Below, one piece after another: positions 21,744-31,588 of a stretch of 64,000 nucleotides of DNA. Both the position numbers and the translations under genes were made by a program. A model generated the notes under the pieces. That model was not told the origin of the DNA, ran no database searches, and saw only the letters and a list, made by a program, of their open reading frames with translations. The DNA is from Nitrospinales bacterium (GTDB taxonomy: Bacteria; Nitrospinota; Nitrospinia; Nitrospinales; VA-1), in contig OZ253496.1 in assembly GCA_965262115.1 (NCBI GenBank), positions 1,888,001 to 1,952,000 of the forward strand, written 5' to 3'. Every line of letters begins with the position of its first letter. Within the stretch, counting starts at the first letter, position 1.

Positions 21744-22055
21744 ATGAAAAAACCGGCAAAAAAAATCATCGGCCATGTTGACCCGGACCTCAGCGACCTG
21801 ATACCCGGTTATCTGCAAAACCGCCAGAAAGATATAAAAGCTATTAACAAAGCGCTCAAGACTTCTGATTTTGGTGAAATCCGCCTACTGGCCCACTCCA
21901 TGAGAGGATCCGGAGGCGGCTACGGTTTCATGCCGATCAGTAAAATCGGCAACACCATCGAGGAAGCTGCAAGAATAAAAAACCCCGACCAGATTAAAGA
22001 CGGGCTGGCCGAACTTTCAGACTTTCTTAAACGGGTAACTCTGGTTTATGATTGA
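21744..22055 (+). CDS. Hpt (histidine phosphotransfer) domain protein
   Basis: LAHSMRGSGGGYG motif. Confidence 0.85.
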   Translation: MKKPAKKIIGHVDPDLSDLIPGYLQNRQKDIKAINKALKTSDFGEIRLLAHSMRGSGGGYGFMPISKIGNTIEEAARIKNPDQIKDGLAELSDFLKRVTLVYD

Positions 22056-22113
22056 TCCGGTCATGTTAACGACTATTTATAACTTCACGCTCAATTCCCT
22101 CACCCATTAAACC

Positions 22114-24459
22114 GTGTTGAAATCTTTCAAGGGGTTCGCAATTTTTTTTCTGGCCTTTTCAGGGGTCTGTTCCGTTTTCGCTCAGGAAAAGGACTGGACT
22201 TATTGGCAGGAGCGTTTCCTCCAGTCCTCCTCCAATGAAATCTCTGCATCTGAATCGGCACCACATATCAAAGAGGTTCGTGTCACCGCAGCATTGCCGG
22301 ACTACCCATGGATCAAGGTTTCCAGTTACCGGAACCGACCGGTGGAACGGTGCATCACCTGCCACGATGGCATCGCCAGTATCAGCCCTTCCCATCCTCC
22401 CGAGTTTGGCTGTTCCGTCTGCCACGGCGGCGAACCTGAATCGGTAGACAAGGATCAGGCGCACGCGACTTTGATTTATGACCCCGAGGCAGGGACCGGG
22501 AAACGCAATCCTTCCAGCCTGAGTGTGGTGGAACAATCCTGCGGACAATTATATTGCCATGCGGGTCACACCGATGAAGATAGAAATCATGTCAACCGTG
22601 TTAAAAAATCCATGATGAACACGATGGCGGGTGTGATCTCGGGCTTGAGATACCAATGGGCGGCGCAGAGCCGGAAAACCGCACGTTATGGGACCCTTTC
22701 TATTACCGATATCGACGGGTCGGTTCCCAAAAACCAGGGCGCTTTGGAAAAACTGGAACGGCTGCCATTCTTTTCTTCCGCAACAATTCCCCAACCTGTT
22801 TTGGAAAAGGAGATGTCGGTTCCTGTGTCCCGGCACCCGGCAGACCGTCTACTGCGGAAAAGATGTTTCCAATGCCATCTCGATTCACCACCGGCCAAAG
22901 GCCAGTACCGTTCGCAAGGTTGTGCCGCCTGTCATTTTGAATACTCTTCCAGCGGACTCTATGAAGGCAACGATCCAACGATCTCACGTGCCGAACCGGG
23001 CCACGCCCGGTTCCATAAAATCCGCGCCATTCCCTCACGCGCCACCTGCGTTCAGTGCCATCGGGCATTTGAATTGCGAACTCTGGGCACCAAACCCCAC
23101 GAAGAACCGGATGTCTTGGAAGAAATCAAAGCGGAAGAGGACATCACCCCTGTTGACAATTCAATCAATCCTGTTGAAACACCATCAACCGCCCTGGATG
23201 CTGAGACAATAAAGGATGCAATGGTCGAAATACTATCAACCATCCTCGACCTTAAAAAAATAGAAGATGCAACGGTCGAAGCACCCGAAGAGGACGACAC
23301 CGTTAAAGAATTTTCCTTGTTTGCCGCAAAAGGCCAGGTCCTAAAAGATGTGCACACGGCCAAGGGAATGGACTGCACCGATTGCCATACGCAACTTGAT
23401 ATCATGGGGGACGGGAATCTTTATTCCAAGCAACATGAAGCAGTAGAGATTCGTTGCGAGACATGCCATGGAGACAGTCTGTCCTATCCCTCCATTTCAC
23501 AGATCACCGAACCCGGCGATGCGGCGATTCGGGTCAGTAAATATTATAAAGGCGGTTCAAACAAGGTGGAGGACTGGATGGCGGTTTCGGCACACAGTCG
23601 GAAGATGACCAATGTAAAAGTTCAAGATGGACGCATGGTCGCCATTGGCAAGCAGAGTGGCAAGGTTCATGAAATTCCGCTGGTGAAGGATTTTCTCAAT
23701 GCCCACTCCATTCCCCAACACCAGTCCCGTATAGAATGTTCGGCTTGCCACGCACGCTGGGTAGTGCGTTGTCCGGGATGCCATCAGACCATCACGGGCA
23801 GCCAGACCCAAGCACCCATACCCACGCCCCATTTCCTGGATATCGGGGAACCCGCGTTAATGATCGGGCCTCGGGGCAAGGTGGCCCCCATGCTGACCCA
23901 GCCGGAAAGACACCTGACCGTTCTTGATGAGAGAGAAAATCTGATTCCCGTTCTGGGGCGGATGGGAAAGAGACAGGGGCAATATCGGCAGTGGGCTTTT
24001 ACCAATCCGCATGGCACCTCCGGCTCAAACCTGGCTTATGCGCTGAATCCGCATTCCATACAAAAACAGGCCCGCTCTTGCACCAGTTGCCATTTGTCTC
24101 CTGAAACTTTAGGATTAGGGGAAGGCGATCTCAAGATAGGAAAAAACTCCACCGGGAAAAATGATTTTGTCGATCCCTTAAACCGGACGGATAGAATGCT
24201 GAAGGCATCACAGTTTGATCCGCAAGCCAAAGTGTCAATGCGGGGGGAACCCCTTGCAGGAACCCATCAGCTAAAAGCCCGGACCTTTAACCAGAAAGAA
24301 ATAATCCGGATTTTAAGAGTTGGCAATTGCATACCCTGCCACGACCAGTATGATGATCCGGTCTATCAGGATATCAACCAAAGCTATGCCTTTGCACGTA
24401 CAATGGACCACCGTCGCTTACGGGAAAAAATATTGAGTTTGAGGCGATCCCCTGAATGA
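22114..24459 (+). CDS. Multiheme cytochrome c (11 CxxCH plus one CX4CH)
   Basis: Signal peptide; CITCH, CSVCH, CGQLYCH, CFQCH, CAACH, CVQCH, CTDCH, CETCH, CSACH, CPGCH, CTSCH, CIPCH. Confidence 0.92.
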   Translation: MLKSFKGFAIFFLAFSGVCSVFAQEKDWTYWQERFLQSSSNEISASESAPHIKEVRVTAALPDYPWIKVSSYRNRPVERCITCHDGIASISPSHPPEFGCSVCHGGEPESVDKDQAHATLIYDPEAGTGKRNPSSLSVVEQSCGQLYCHAGHTDEDRNHVNRVKKSMMNTMAGVISGLRYQWAAQSRKTARYGTLSITDIDGSVPKNQGALEKLERLPFFSSATIPQPVLEKEMSVPVSRHPADRLLRKRCFQCHLDSPPAKGQYRSQGCAACHFEYSSSGLYEGNDPTISRAEPGHARFHKIRAIPSRATCVQCHRAFELRTLGTKPHEEPDVLEEIKAEEDITPVDNSINPVETPSTALDAETIKDAMVEILSTILDLKKIEDATVEAPEEDDTVKEFSLFAAKGQVLKDVHTAKGMDCTDCHTQLDIMGDGNLYSKQHEAVEIRCETCHGDSLSYPSISQITEPGDAAIRVSKYYKGGSNKVEDWMAVSAHSRKMTNVKVQDGRMVAIGKQSGKVHEIPLVKDFLNAHSIPQHQSRIECSACHARWVVRCPGCHQTITGSQTQAPIPTPHFLDIGEPALMIGPRGKVAPMLTQPERHLTVLDERENLIPVLGRMGKRQGQYRQWAFTNPHGTSGSNLAYALNPHSIQKQARSCTSCHLSPETLGLGEGDLKIGKNSTGKNDFVDPLNRTDRMLKASQFDPQAKVSMRGEPLAGTHQLKARTFNQKEIIRILRVGNCIPCHDQYDDPVYQDINQSYAFARTMDHRRLREKILSLRRSPE

Positions 24460-27182
24460 ACCGTTTCTTTAAAATTTCAGCCCTGCTGGTTTTGGCAGGA
24501 AGTTTTTGGTCCTTTCCTTTTCTGTCTTCAGGGCAGGATTTAGAAATCAAAAATCCATTCGAGTTTCCAGGCAGTGATGAACAGGAAAAGCCCCCTCCAT
24601 CCCCTGAACCTGAGAAAAACCCGTCAGGACTACTCGATCTTTTCATTCAACCTGACGGCGATGCCCAGCCTGAATCCGAAGAAATTTTTGAATCGGATGT
24701 TGGCAGTGGCAGTACGTCCGCTATTGAATCCAAGAGTATGGTTGAGATTCCGAAATCGATCTCGAAAAAAGATTTTGACGCCGCCGATTTCAACGATCCT
24801 TTCTACCGGGTTCGGGGCTTTCAGGAAAATTCAGAAAAAATTTTACAACCGGGAACCACTTTGGATGGAGTCCGGTTTCAGAACTACGGAGAATCCGGAA
24901 AATTCGTTGAGCGGTTTTATCGCGAATCAGGATTCTCTATAGACGCAGTTTTCGGTAAAATTAAATACTTGGAAAAAAGGGGCGGGTGCTACACCTGCCA
25001 TCAGGGCATCGAAGAACTCAGCCCCAACCACAAGATGGCCTGCGTTCGGTGCCATGGCGGAAACCGTCGGGCCAAGTCCCTGCCAAAAGCTCATAAAGGA
25101 CTGGTGCCAAATCCCTCTTCCATGGAGAACGCTCCCAGGTTTTGCGGCAAATGCCATGAGAGCCATGTCAATAAAATCGGCCGCTCGGTGATGGCCACCG
25201 CCAAACGCATGATCAACATCACCCGTTTTGCATGGGGCGCACAACCTGCCGATGAACTGCCCTATTCCCTGTATCCCGAAGAACAGGAGCAACCCTACCC
25301 TCCATCGGGAGACGAGCATGCGGTAGACGGGTTTCTCAAAACCAAATGCCTGAGATGTCATCTCGATGCGCCCGGCCCGCACCGGCCAGGGGATTACCGT
25401 GCAACCGGATGCTCGGCCTGCCATATGGTCTACACCAATGACGGTATTTCTCTTTCGCACGACCGGGCTATTCAGGCTTTGCAGGAAAAGGAAAAAACAC
25501 AAAACCGGTTTGAACGAAATTTCGCCAGCAAATCTCTGAGCAATCGCCGGGGCTATCCCTTGCTACATAAATTCACCACCGCCATACCCAGCGTCCAATG
25601 CGAACATTGCCATAACAATAATGGCGTGGGGCAAGAGTTTGAAGGCTTGTTTGCCATACCTGCACGACCTCAAGCCGCTCCAAAATCCATCAACGATGAA
25701 CAACCGGTTTTGTACGGAAAGGAACATAAGTTCCTGGTTCCCGATATTCACCGTGAAAAGGGCATGCATTGCATCGACTGTCACATCGGCGATGAAATGA
25801 AACCGGAAATCGAACCGGAAGGCCTGCGTTCGGCAGTTCAAATACGCTGTACCGATTGCCACGGCACTCGCTCGAAACCACCCGAAGGATTGCTATTGAT
25901 TGAATCGGACCCCAGAACCAAACAACTGTTAAAGAGAGCTGATTTGAATCCCAACCTGAAAAGGAAAGTCCGCACGGGAGATACGGTACTGGTGAATTCC
26001 AGCTTCTCGCCCATGACACACATCAAGCAGGAGAAGGGCAAATGGATTTTGATTTCCAAAGTAACGGGAAAGAAACACACTATTCCTCTTCTAAAAAATA
26101 TTGAGCCGCCTATCGCCCACCAGATTCCAAAACATATGAAGGAGGTGGAGTGTGCGGCCTGCCATGCCAGATGGTCGGCAGGAGAATGGGGAATGCATCT
26201 CATTCGCGAAAACACATTCGCCCCGGAAAAGTGGAAAGACTGGAACCTGAGCGACCCGGATCTGCAGGAACAGCTCTCAACAAATGAATCTGGCCAACCG
26301 GGAATGATCAACTGGCTCACTGCAAAATCCCACCCTGACAAAATAGAAGGAGACCGTTTGAGGGGATATTGGTGGTCCGTGTTCGCAGAGACCGGATGGT
26401 CGGACCTGATATTGGGGAAAAATGATCGCGGGAAATATTCGATACTAAAACCCCGCTATCAGTATTTAATCACAGACCAGACCAGTCCGCTGGGGCTTCC
26501 GACCAAACGTGCCGAACCACCATTGACTCTGGATGGGGGAGCAGGCCTGATCTGGACCACCTATTCCCCGCATACGATTCGCAAGACCGTCCGCAGTTGT
26601 GAGTCCTGCCATCAAAACGAATTGTCCGCCGGGTTGGGCGACCCTCTACGGCAGAACATTAAAAACGCAACTTCGTTTTTTGATGAATTGCGATTCAACA
26701 ACCAGGTGCTGCCGCAGTTCCAGCTCAAGCAGGGGGTGACGCAAAATGGGGAGCCCCTGCAAACGGCTTTTCCCGGCGATGAGATCCGTTTTCTAAACGC
26801 GGAAGAAATCTCTGCCTTGCAGGAAACGACAGACCGCTATCGTTCGTTCCGCTTCCTGAACTTACGCGAATTGAGTTTCCCGCGCCTGCTTTCGCGGCAG
26901 GAATTCCCCTATGACGCCCGGCACCGTGCGCAGGAAAATAGTATGGGTCCACCACCCTTAAAGGATGACCTTTATTATAATGTGGAAAAAAACCAGTTTG
27001 TGAAAGTCGAAGCTCCTGCGGTTGAAATCCCACCCACGCCGCAGGAATCCGAAGCCCTGGAACCCGGAACCCCGGAACCCGCTCAGCAAAAGAAAATCAT
27101 AGAGTTTTTATACGATCTCTTCCAGGACGACGAAACACTCGATAACGGGAGTGACCAGCCGCCCCTTGAACCTGGACCATGA
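24456..27182 (+). CDS. Multiheme cytochrome c (10 CxxCH), paralog of the upstream gene
   Basis: CYTCH, CVRCH, CGKCH, CLRCH, CSACH, CEHCH, CIDCH, CTDCH, CAACH, CESCH; ATGA overlap. Confidence 0.92.
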   Translation: MNRFFKISALLVLAGSFWSFPFLSSGQDLEIKNPFEFPGSDEQEKPPPSPEPEKNPSGLLDLFIQPDGDAQPESEEIFESDVGSGSTSAIESKSMVEIPKSISKKDFDAADFNDPFYRVRGFQENSEKILQPGTTLDGVRFQNYGESGKFVERFYRESGFSIDAVFGKIKYLEKRGGCYTCHQGIEELSPNHKMACVRCHGGNRRAKSLPKAHKGLVPNPSSMENAPRFCGKCHESHVNKIGRSVMATAKRMINITRFAWGAQPADELPYSLYPEEQEQPYPPSGDEHAVDGFLKTKCLRCHLDAPGPHRPGDYRATGCSACHMVYTNDGISLSHDRAIQALQEKEKTQNRFERNFASKSLSNRRGYPLLHKFTTAIPSVQCEHCHNNNGVGQEFEGLFAIPARPQAAPKSINDEQPVLYGKEHKFLVPDIHREKGMHCIDCHIGDEMKPEIEPEGLRSAVQIRCTDCHGTRSKPPEGLLLIESDPRTKQLLKRADLNPNLKRKVRTGDTVLVNSSFSPMTHIKQEKGKWILISKVTGKKHTIPLLKNIEPPIAHQIPKHMKEVECAACHARWSAGEWGMHLIRENTFAPEKWKDWNLSDPDLQEQLSTNESGQPGMINWLTAKSHPDKIEGDRLRGYWWSVFAETGWSDLILGKNDRGKYSILKPRYQYLITDQTSPLGLPTKRAEPPLTLDGGAGLIWTTYSPHTIRKTVRSCESCHQNELSAGLGDPLRQNIKNATSFFDELRFNNQVLPQFQLKQGVTQNGEPLQTAFPGDEIRFLNAEEISALQETTDRYRSFRFLNLRELSFPRLLSRQEFPYDARHRAQENSMGPPPLKDDLYYNVEKNQFVKVEAPAVEIPPTPQESEALEPGTPEPAQQKKIIEFLYDLFQDDETLDNGSDQPPLEPGP

Positions 27183-27931
27183 AAACTTTCGCAATTTTTA
27201 TATTCAGCGGGTTTTTTATACTCCGCCCACTTGCCGTGGAGGCAGATAGCAATAGCCTGACAAACCACCAGGCACCCTTGAGCGCGGAGAAAGACAAGAT
27301 GCAGTTGCCAGCGGAGGCACTCCGCTTTGCCGACGCAGGGATCCTGGAAGATAAAAACTGCGGCTCCTGCCACCGGTTGAACGCTGAAGAAACAGAAAAA
27401 AGTTTTACCGGGCCGGACCTGCATTATGCCGGTAGCAAATTCCAACCGAAATGGTTGATCGAATTTCTGAAAAACCCCGAGATCATCCGGCCTGGCAGAT
27501 TCATCACCGATCCCGGGTTTTTAAAGGGGAACTCCGAAAACCCGCCGCCGCATCCTTCATTTCCTGAAGAAGAGGCCAATGCCATGGCGGCAGAGCTAAT
27601 GGGTTTGAAAATTCTCAAGCAAACGTCGGTCACTCCAGAGCCTCTGTCGAAGGGGCAACGCGCCAAAATCAAATATCAGTTTGAGCGAACATTCAGTTGC
27701 ATCTCCTGTCATCAAAGTTTGAATCTGGCTGGGAAAGTCCGTGGCGGCATTTCCGGTCCATCGCTGGTCAACGCAGGAAACCGACTGCAGGCCAACTGGG
27801 TCGCCGACTGGCTGAGCAAACCGGAAACTTACACGGCAAAAGGGCGTATGCCGCGCTACAAAATGGACCCCGCCACCCTGAACCAGTTCACCCGGTTTCT
27901 CATGATGCTGAAAAAAGAAAATATAAAATAA
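27179..27931 (+). CDS. Diheme cytochrome c
   Basis: CGSCH..GPDL and CISCH..GPSL..MP. Confidence 0.88.
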   Translation: MKTFAIFIFSGFFILRPLAVEADSNSLTNHQAPLSAEKDKMQLPAEALRFADAGILEDKNCGSCHRLNAEETEKSFTGPDLHYAGSKFQPKWLIEFLKNPEIIRPGRFITDPGFLKGNSENPPPHPSFPEEEANAMAAELMGLKILKQTSVTPEPLSKGQRAKIKYQFERTFSCISCHQSLNLAGKVRGGISGPSLVNAGNRLQANWVADWLSKPETYTAKGRMPRYKMDPATLNQFTRFLMMLKKENIK

Positions 27932-27935
27932 GTCC

Positions 27936-28391
27936 ATGACAATAAATCAAAAAAATTTGCTCGCCGGAATAATGCTCCTGACACTATGGGTCACCGGCTG
28001 CGGACAAAGTGAGCAGGTTGCCCCTACCATCAAACCTCCCACACAGCAGGAGGTCGGGAAAACCATTCCGCAAAATCCACAACCTGCGCTGGCTCAGGTC
28101 ACGGAAAACACCCGGCAGACTTATCAATGGTATTGCGCCCAATGCCATGGCATGAAAGGAAAGGGAGACGGCATCAACGCCAAATTCCTCACGGTCCCAC
28201 CCCGCAACCACACCAAAGCTGAATATCTCGAAACCCGGACCAATGAGCAACTTTTTGAAGCTATCAAATTCGGCGGACTTTCTGTGGGCCGGGCTCCCTG
28301 CATGCCGGCCTGGGGCCACACTCTCAATGAGGGCACCATCCACTCTCTGGTCCAATACATCCGCGAACTGTGCCAGTGTGAAGTCCGCTAG
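27936..28391 (+). CDS. Monoheme cytochrome c lipoprotein
   Basis: Lipobox VTGC; CAQCHG.GKGDG; MPAW. Confidence 0.88.
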   Translation: MTINQKNLLAGIMLLTLWVTGCGQSEQVAPTIKPPTQQEVGKTIPQNPQPALAQVTENTRQTYQWYCAQCHGMKGKGDGINAKFLTVPPRNHTKAEYLETRTNEQLFEAIKFGGLSVGRAPCMPAWGHTLNEGTIHSLVQYIRELCQCEVR

Positions 28392-28489
28392 CCCTTTGAC
28401 AGGGGAGGCAACTGGCAATAACTATATCCTGCGGACATACGCTCTCTCGGCCCAACGGGTCATTGCTCATTGCCTCCGGAGGCTCGCCG

Positions 28490-28605
28490 GTTGGCCCCAC
28501 GCCGAGTGGACGGAGTACCTCCGCTGGTAAATGGGTCTGACTTTAAATTGCGTATGAGTGTGCTTGGCTTATTAGCTTTCTCCTAGTTGGCCCCACGCCG
28601 AGTGG
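28490..28605. repeat. 20-bp direct repeat GTTGGCCCCACGCCGAGTGG (28490-28509, 28586-28605)
   Basis: Exact repeat; related copy at 3098-3115; CGGAGTACCTCCGC shared with 3019-3032. Confidence 0.75.
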
Positions 28606-28682
28606 TTTGCTATAATCATTCTCTGAGATAAAAGGAAGTCCATCCTTACCCGTACAACTTATAAAAAAAGTGAGACCCCATA

Positions 28683-29978
28683 ATGATTGAAGTGAAACCG
28701 TTCCATGGCCTGCTGTACAACACCAAGGTCACCGGACCTCTCAAAGAGGTCACCGCTCCGCCTTATGATGTGATTTCTCCCGCACTTCAGGAGTCTCTGT
28801 ACCAGAAAAATCCGCATAATATCGTGCGCCTGATTTTAGGCAGGGAGTTTTCCACCGACTCGGAAATGGACAACCGCTATAGCCGTTCCGCAGACACATT
28901 CCGACAATGGCTGGCAGAGGGGGTTCTCGTTCGCGATTCGCAACCGGGATTTTATTTATATAGTCAGGAGTATGAATTCGAGGGAGAAAAATTTTGCCGC
29001 ACGGGTTTTTTCGCACGCGTCAAAACGGAAGCATTCAGCGAAGGCAATATCCTTCCGCATGAGTTCACGCTTTCCAAAGCCAAGACTGACCGCACCCGTT
29101 TGCTCAATGCCTGCCACGCCAATTTCAGTCCAATTTTCGGGCTTTATTCCGACCCCGAAGGTAAAATCGATGCTCTACTCAAGGACGAAGGCAATCTGGA
29201 ACCTTTGTCTGTGATTGATGACGGCAGTGTTGTGCACCGCATCTGGCGCTTGACCAATTCCGCCATCTGCCGGAAACTCTCTGACCAGATGGGTGACAAA
29301 AAAATATATATCGCCGATGGGCACCACCGTTATGAAACCGCTCTGGCTTTCGCGGAAGCTAATCAAGGCAAAGTAGAAGATTGCGCCCATGTCATGATGT
29401 TCCTGACCAATATGGATTCGGACTCCATGTCGATCTTCCCCATTCATCGAGTGGTGAAAAGTCCGGAACCGTTTGACCGCGAGTCGTTCCTTAAAAAAGC
29501 CGGAGAATATTTTGACATCACCCCCTGGTCTGGTCCGCTAAATGGAGCAGAAGTAAAATCCAAACTACAAGAACTGGGGAACGCGCAAATCACTTTCTGC
29601 GCTTATATGGGGAAAGACCACACCTTCATTTTGAAAGTTAAGGACCCCAAAAACGTTGTGTCCCTTTTAGACCGTGACGAACCCGAGGACATGCGGGTTC
29701 TTGATGTCGCTCAACTGCACGCCCTTCTTTTCAGGCACATCCTCAAGATCGATACCCGGGAGAAGTCCGGCCAACAATATGTTTCCTACAAGGTCAATTC
29801 TGAGGAAGCGATGGAAATGGTAGATAGCGGCGAATACGATGTGACATTTTTCATGAACCCCACTCTCATAGAGCACGTGCGCCGGTTGGCGGAAAAGGGT
29901 GTGCGTCTTCCGCAAAAGGCCACCTTTTTCTATCCCAAACTTTTATCGGGACTGGTCATCAACAAATTCGGACCATGA
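28683..29978 (+). CDS. DUF1015 family protein
   Basis: APPYDVI, ILPHE.T, YIADGHHRYETA, LPQKATFFYPK. Confidence 0.9.
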   Translation: MIEVKPFHGLLYNTKVTGPLKEVTAPPYDVISPALQESLYQKNPHNIVRLILGREFSTDSEMDNRYSRSADTFRQWLAEGVLVRDSQPGFYLYSQEYEFEGEKFCRTGFFARVKTEAFSEGNILPHEFTLSKAKTDRTRLLNACHANFSPIFGLYSDPEGKIDALLKDEGNLEPLSVIDDGSVVHRIWRLTNSAICRKLSDQMGDKKIYIADGHHRYETALAFAEANQGKVEDCAHVMMFLTNMDSDSMSIFPIHRVVKSPEPFDRESFLKKAGEYFDITPWSGPLNGAEVKSKLQELGNAQITFCAYMGKDHTFILKVKDPKNVVSLLDRDEPEDMRVLDVAQLHALLFRHILKIDTREKSGQQYVSYKVNSEEAMEMVDSGEYDVTFFMNPTLIEHVRRLAEKGVRLPQKATFFYPKLLSGLVINKFGP

Positions 29979-30039
29979 AAATATTTTTCAGTATTGTTGT
30001 CTACGATCATAGGGAGTTGGCCATCAATAGATTTGGACT

Positions 30040-30660
30040 ATGAAAATTATATCCACGGAGTTTATAACCGGGGCCGTTTCGGCCAAGCAATACCCGAAAG
30101 GAGCACTTCCTGAATTCGCGTTTGTTGGCCGTTCCAATGTGGGCAAGTCCTCTCTCATCAAATCCTTGCTCAACCGGAAAAAGCTGGTTCGCATCAGTTC
30201 TTCCCCCGGCAAAACCCGAGAAATTAATTTTTTCAACATCAATGATGCCATGATGTTTGCTGACCTTCCGGGTTATGGATTTGCCAGAGTCCCCCCGGCC
30301 CTGCAGAAGCAGTGGAAAAAAATGATCGAGGAATATCTGACCCAGCGCGAACCTCTCACCGCCATCGTGTTCATCGTTGATGTTCGGCGTAAACCGACTG
30401 AGTTGGATTTGACCTTGAAAGAATGGCTGGAGGAATTGGATAGAAACTATATTCTGGCGATCACCAAGGCCGACAAACTCTCCGCCTCGGAGCGTAGTAA
30501 ACAGGTGAAAATAATTAAAGCCGCATTCATGGGTAAAAACGCTCTGGACTTCACGGTCTACTCCAGCAAAAACCATACGGGCAGAAAAGAACTCTGGGCC
30601 CAACTACAAAAGCTGACCCGCGCCAGCCATGCGTCCGGTGGCCACGATGTTCTTTCTTAG
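30040..30660 (+). CDS. engB: Ribosome biogenesis GTPase YihA/YsxC
   Basis: GRSNVGKSS, PGKT, DLPGYG, TKADK. Confidence 0.95.
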   Translation: MKIISTEFITGAVSAKQYPKGALPEFAFVGRSNVGKSSLIKSLLNRKKLVRISSSPGKTREINFFNINDAMMFADLPGYGFARVPPALQKQWKKMIEEYLTQREPLTAIVFIVDVRRKPTELDLTLKEWLEELDRNYILAITKADKLSASERSKQVKIIKAAFMGKNALDFTVYSSKNHTGRKELWAQLQKLTRASHASGGHDVLS

Positions 30661-31090
30661 CCCGTGAGCCTTAACAAAGACTTCTTTGAAAACAAGGTCG
30701 GCTTATTAATTTTTAAGAACCCGTCTATTCTAAAGGCAATATAAATTTATGCGACGTTGGGTCCACACGTCCCGTTACAATTTCCTGATAAATGTGGGGC
30801 TCTTCGCAGTAAGCGCTCTGGTTTCACTGTTTCTTTTTGACTGAGTTTTTACTAAGTATGAAAAAACTTTCCTCCTGAGTTCATCCAAAGATATTCAGGT
30901 TTTAGAAAATAAAACTTACGATTTAGCTTCCCTGGGCTTTAAAGAAAAACCGGTTTCGGCTCACAAAAACCCTGATACAAATGGTGGGCACTGAAATAGT
31001 CTCATCCGCTTACCAGTCCTGGCTCCGGGAGCAACCTTGATGTTAAATAGCACTTATCAACCAGGCATTATAGAATACAAAGCATAAAAT

Positions 31091-31120
31091 AAAAAACCCC
31101 TTCCCCAAAAAGGGAAGGGG
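31091..31120 (-). terminator. Intrinsic terminator downstream of the ferredoxin gene
   Basis: CCCCTTCCC/GGGAAGGGG hairpin followed by a U-tract on the minus strand. Confidence 0.7.
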
Positions 31121-31186
31121 TAATGATTGGGTGCCAGTTCTGCCTTATTGCTTCGCCCAAAAAGTTTTGCCTTCGGTCGCTAGTCG

Positions 31187-31513
31187 TTATCCCCAAAGTT
31201 CGTCCGGGACTTCCAGGCGGTCTATCTTTTTACCTTGGGCAATATGCTGATCAAGAATTTCATCCACATCTTCCGGCTGGACCTGCTGGTACCAGACACC
31301 ATCCGGGTAAACGACAACGACAGGGCCTACTCCACAAGGGCCAAGGCATCCGGTATTAGCAACCATGCATTTGCCAAACAACCCTTTTTGCTCCAGCCCC
31401 ATTGCTATCTTTTCAAAAATGGCATTGGAACCCGCTTCTCCACAGGAGCCTCTGGGGTGCCCCGGCGGACGGCTGTTGGTACACACTAAAATATGATAAC
31501 TTGGTTTCGGCAT
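31187..31513 (-). CDS. Thioredoxin-like [2Fe-2S] ferredoxin
   Basis: HILVCTN..GSC..GCLGPC..GP.VVVYPDGVWY. Confidence 0.92.
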   Translation of the reverse strand: MPKPSYHILVCTNSRPPGHPRGSCGEAGSNAIFEKIAMGLEQKGLFGKCMVANTGCLGPCGVGPVVVVYPDGVWYQQVQPEDVDEILDQHIAQGKKIDRLEVPDELWG

Positions 31514-31588
31514 CAGTAAATCTCCGTTCAGGTTTATTGAAAAACAGAATGCTACATTAGATGTTTGATAAAGGGAATAGTTTTTTTG

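Noticed and set aside
28490..28605. Mini-CRISPR from the 20-bp direct repeat
   Set aside because: Only two copies, a 76-bp spacer, and a related dispersed copy elsewhere.
30007..30603. Long antisense or alternate-frame ORFs (e.g. opposite engB, 2111-2674, 5198-5779, 24927-25502)
   Set aside because: Shadows of well-supported genes, with no motifs of their own.
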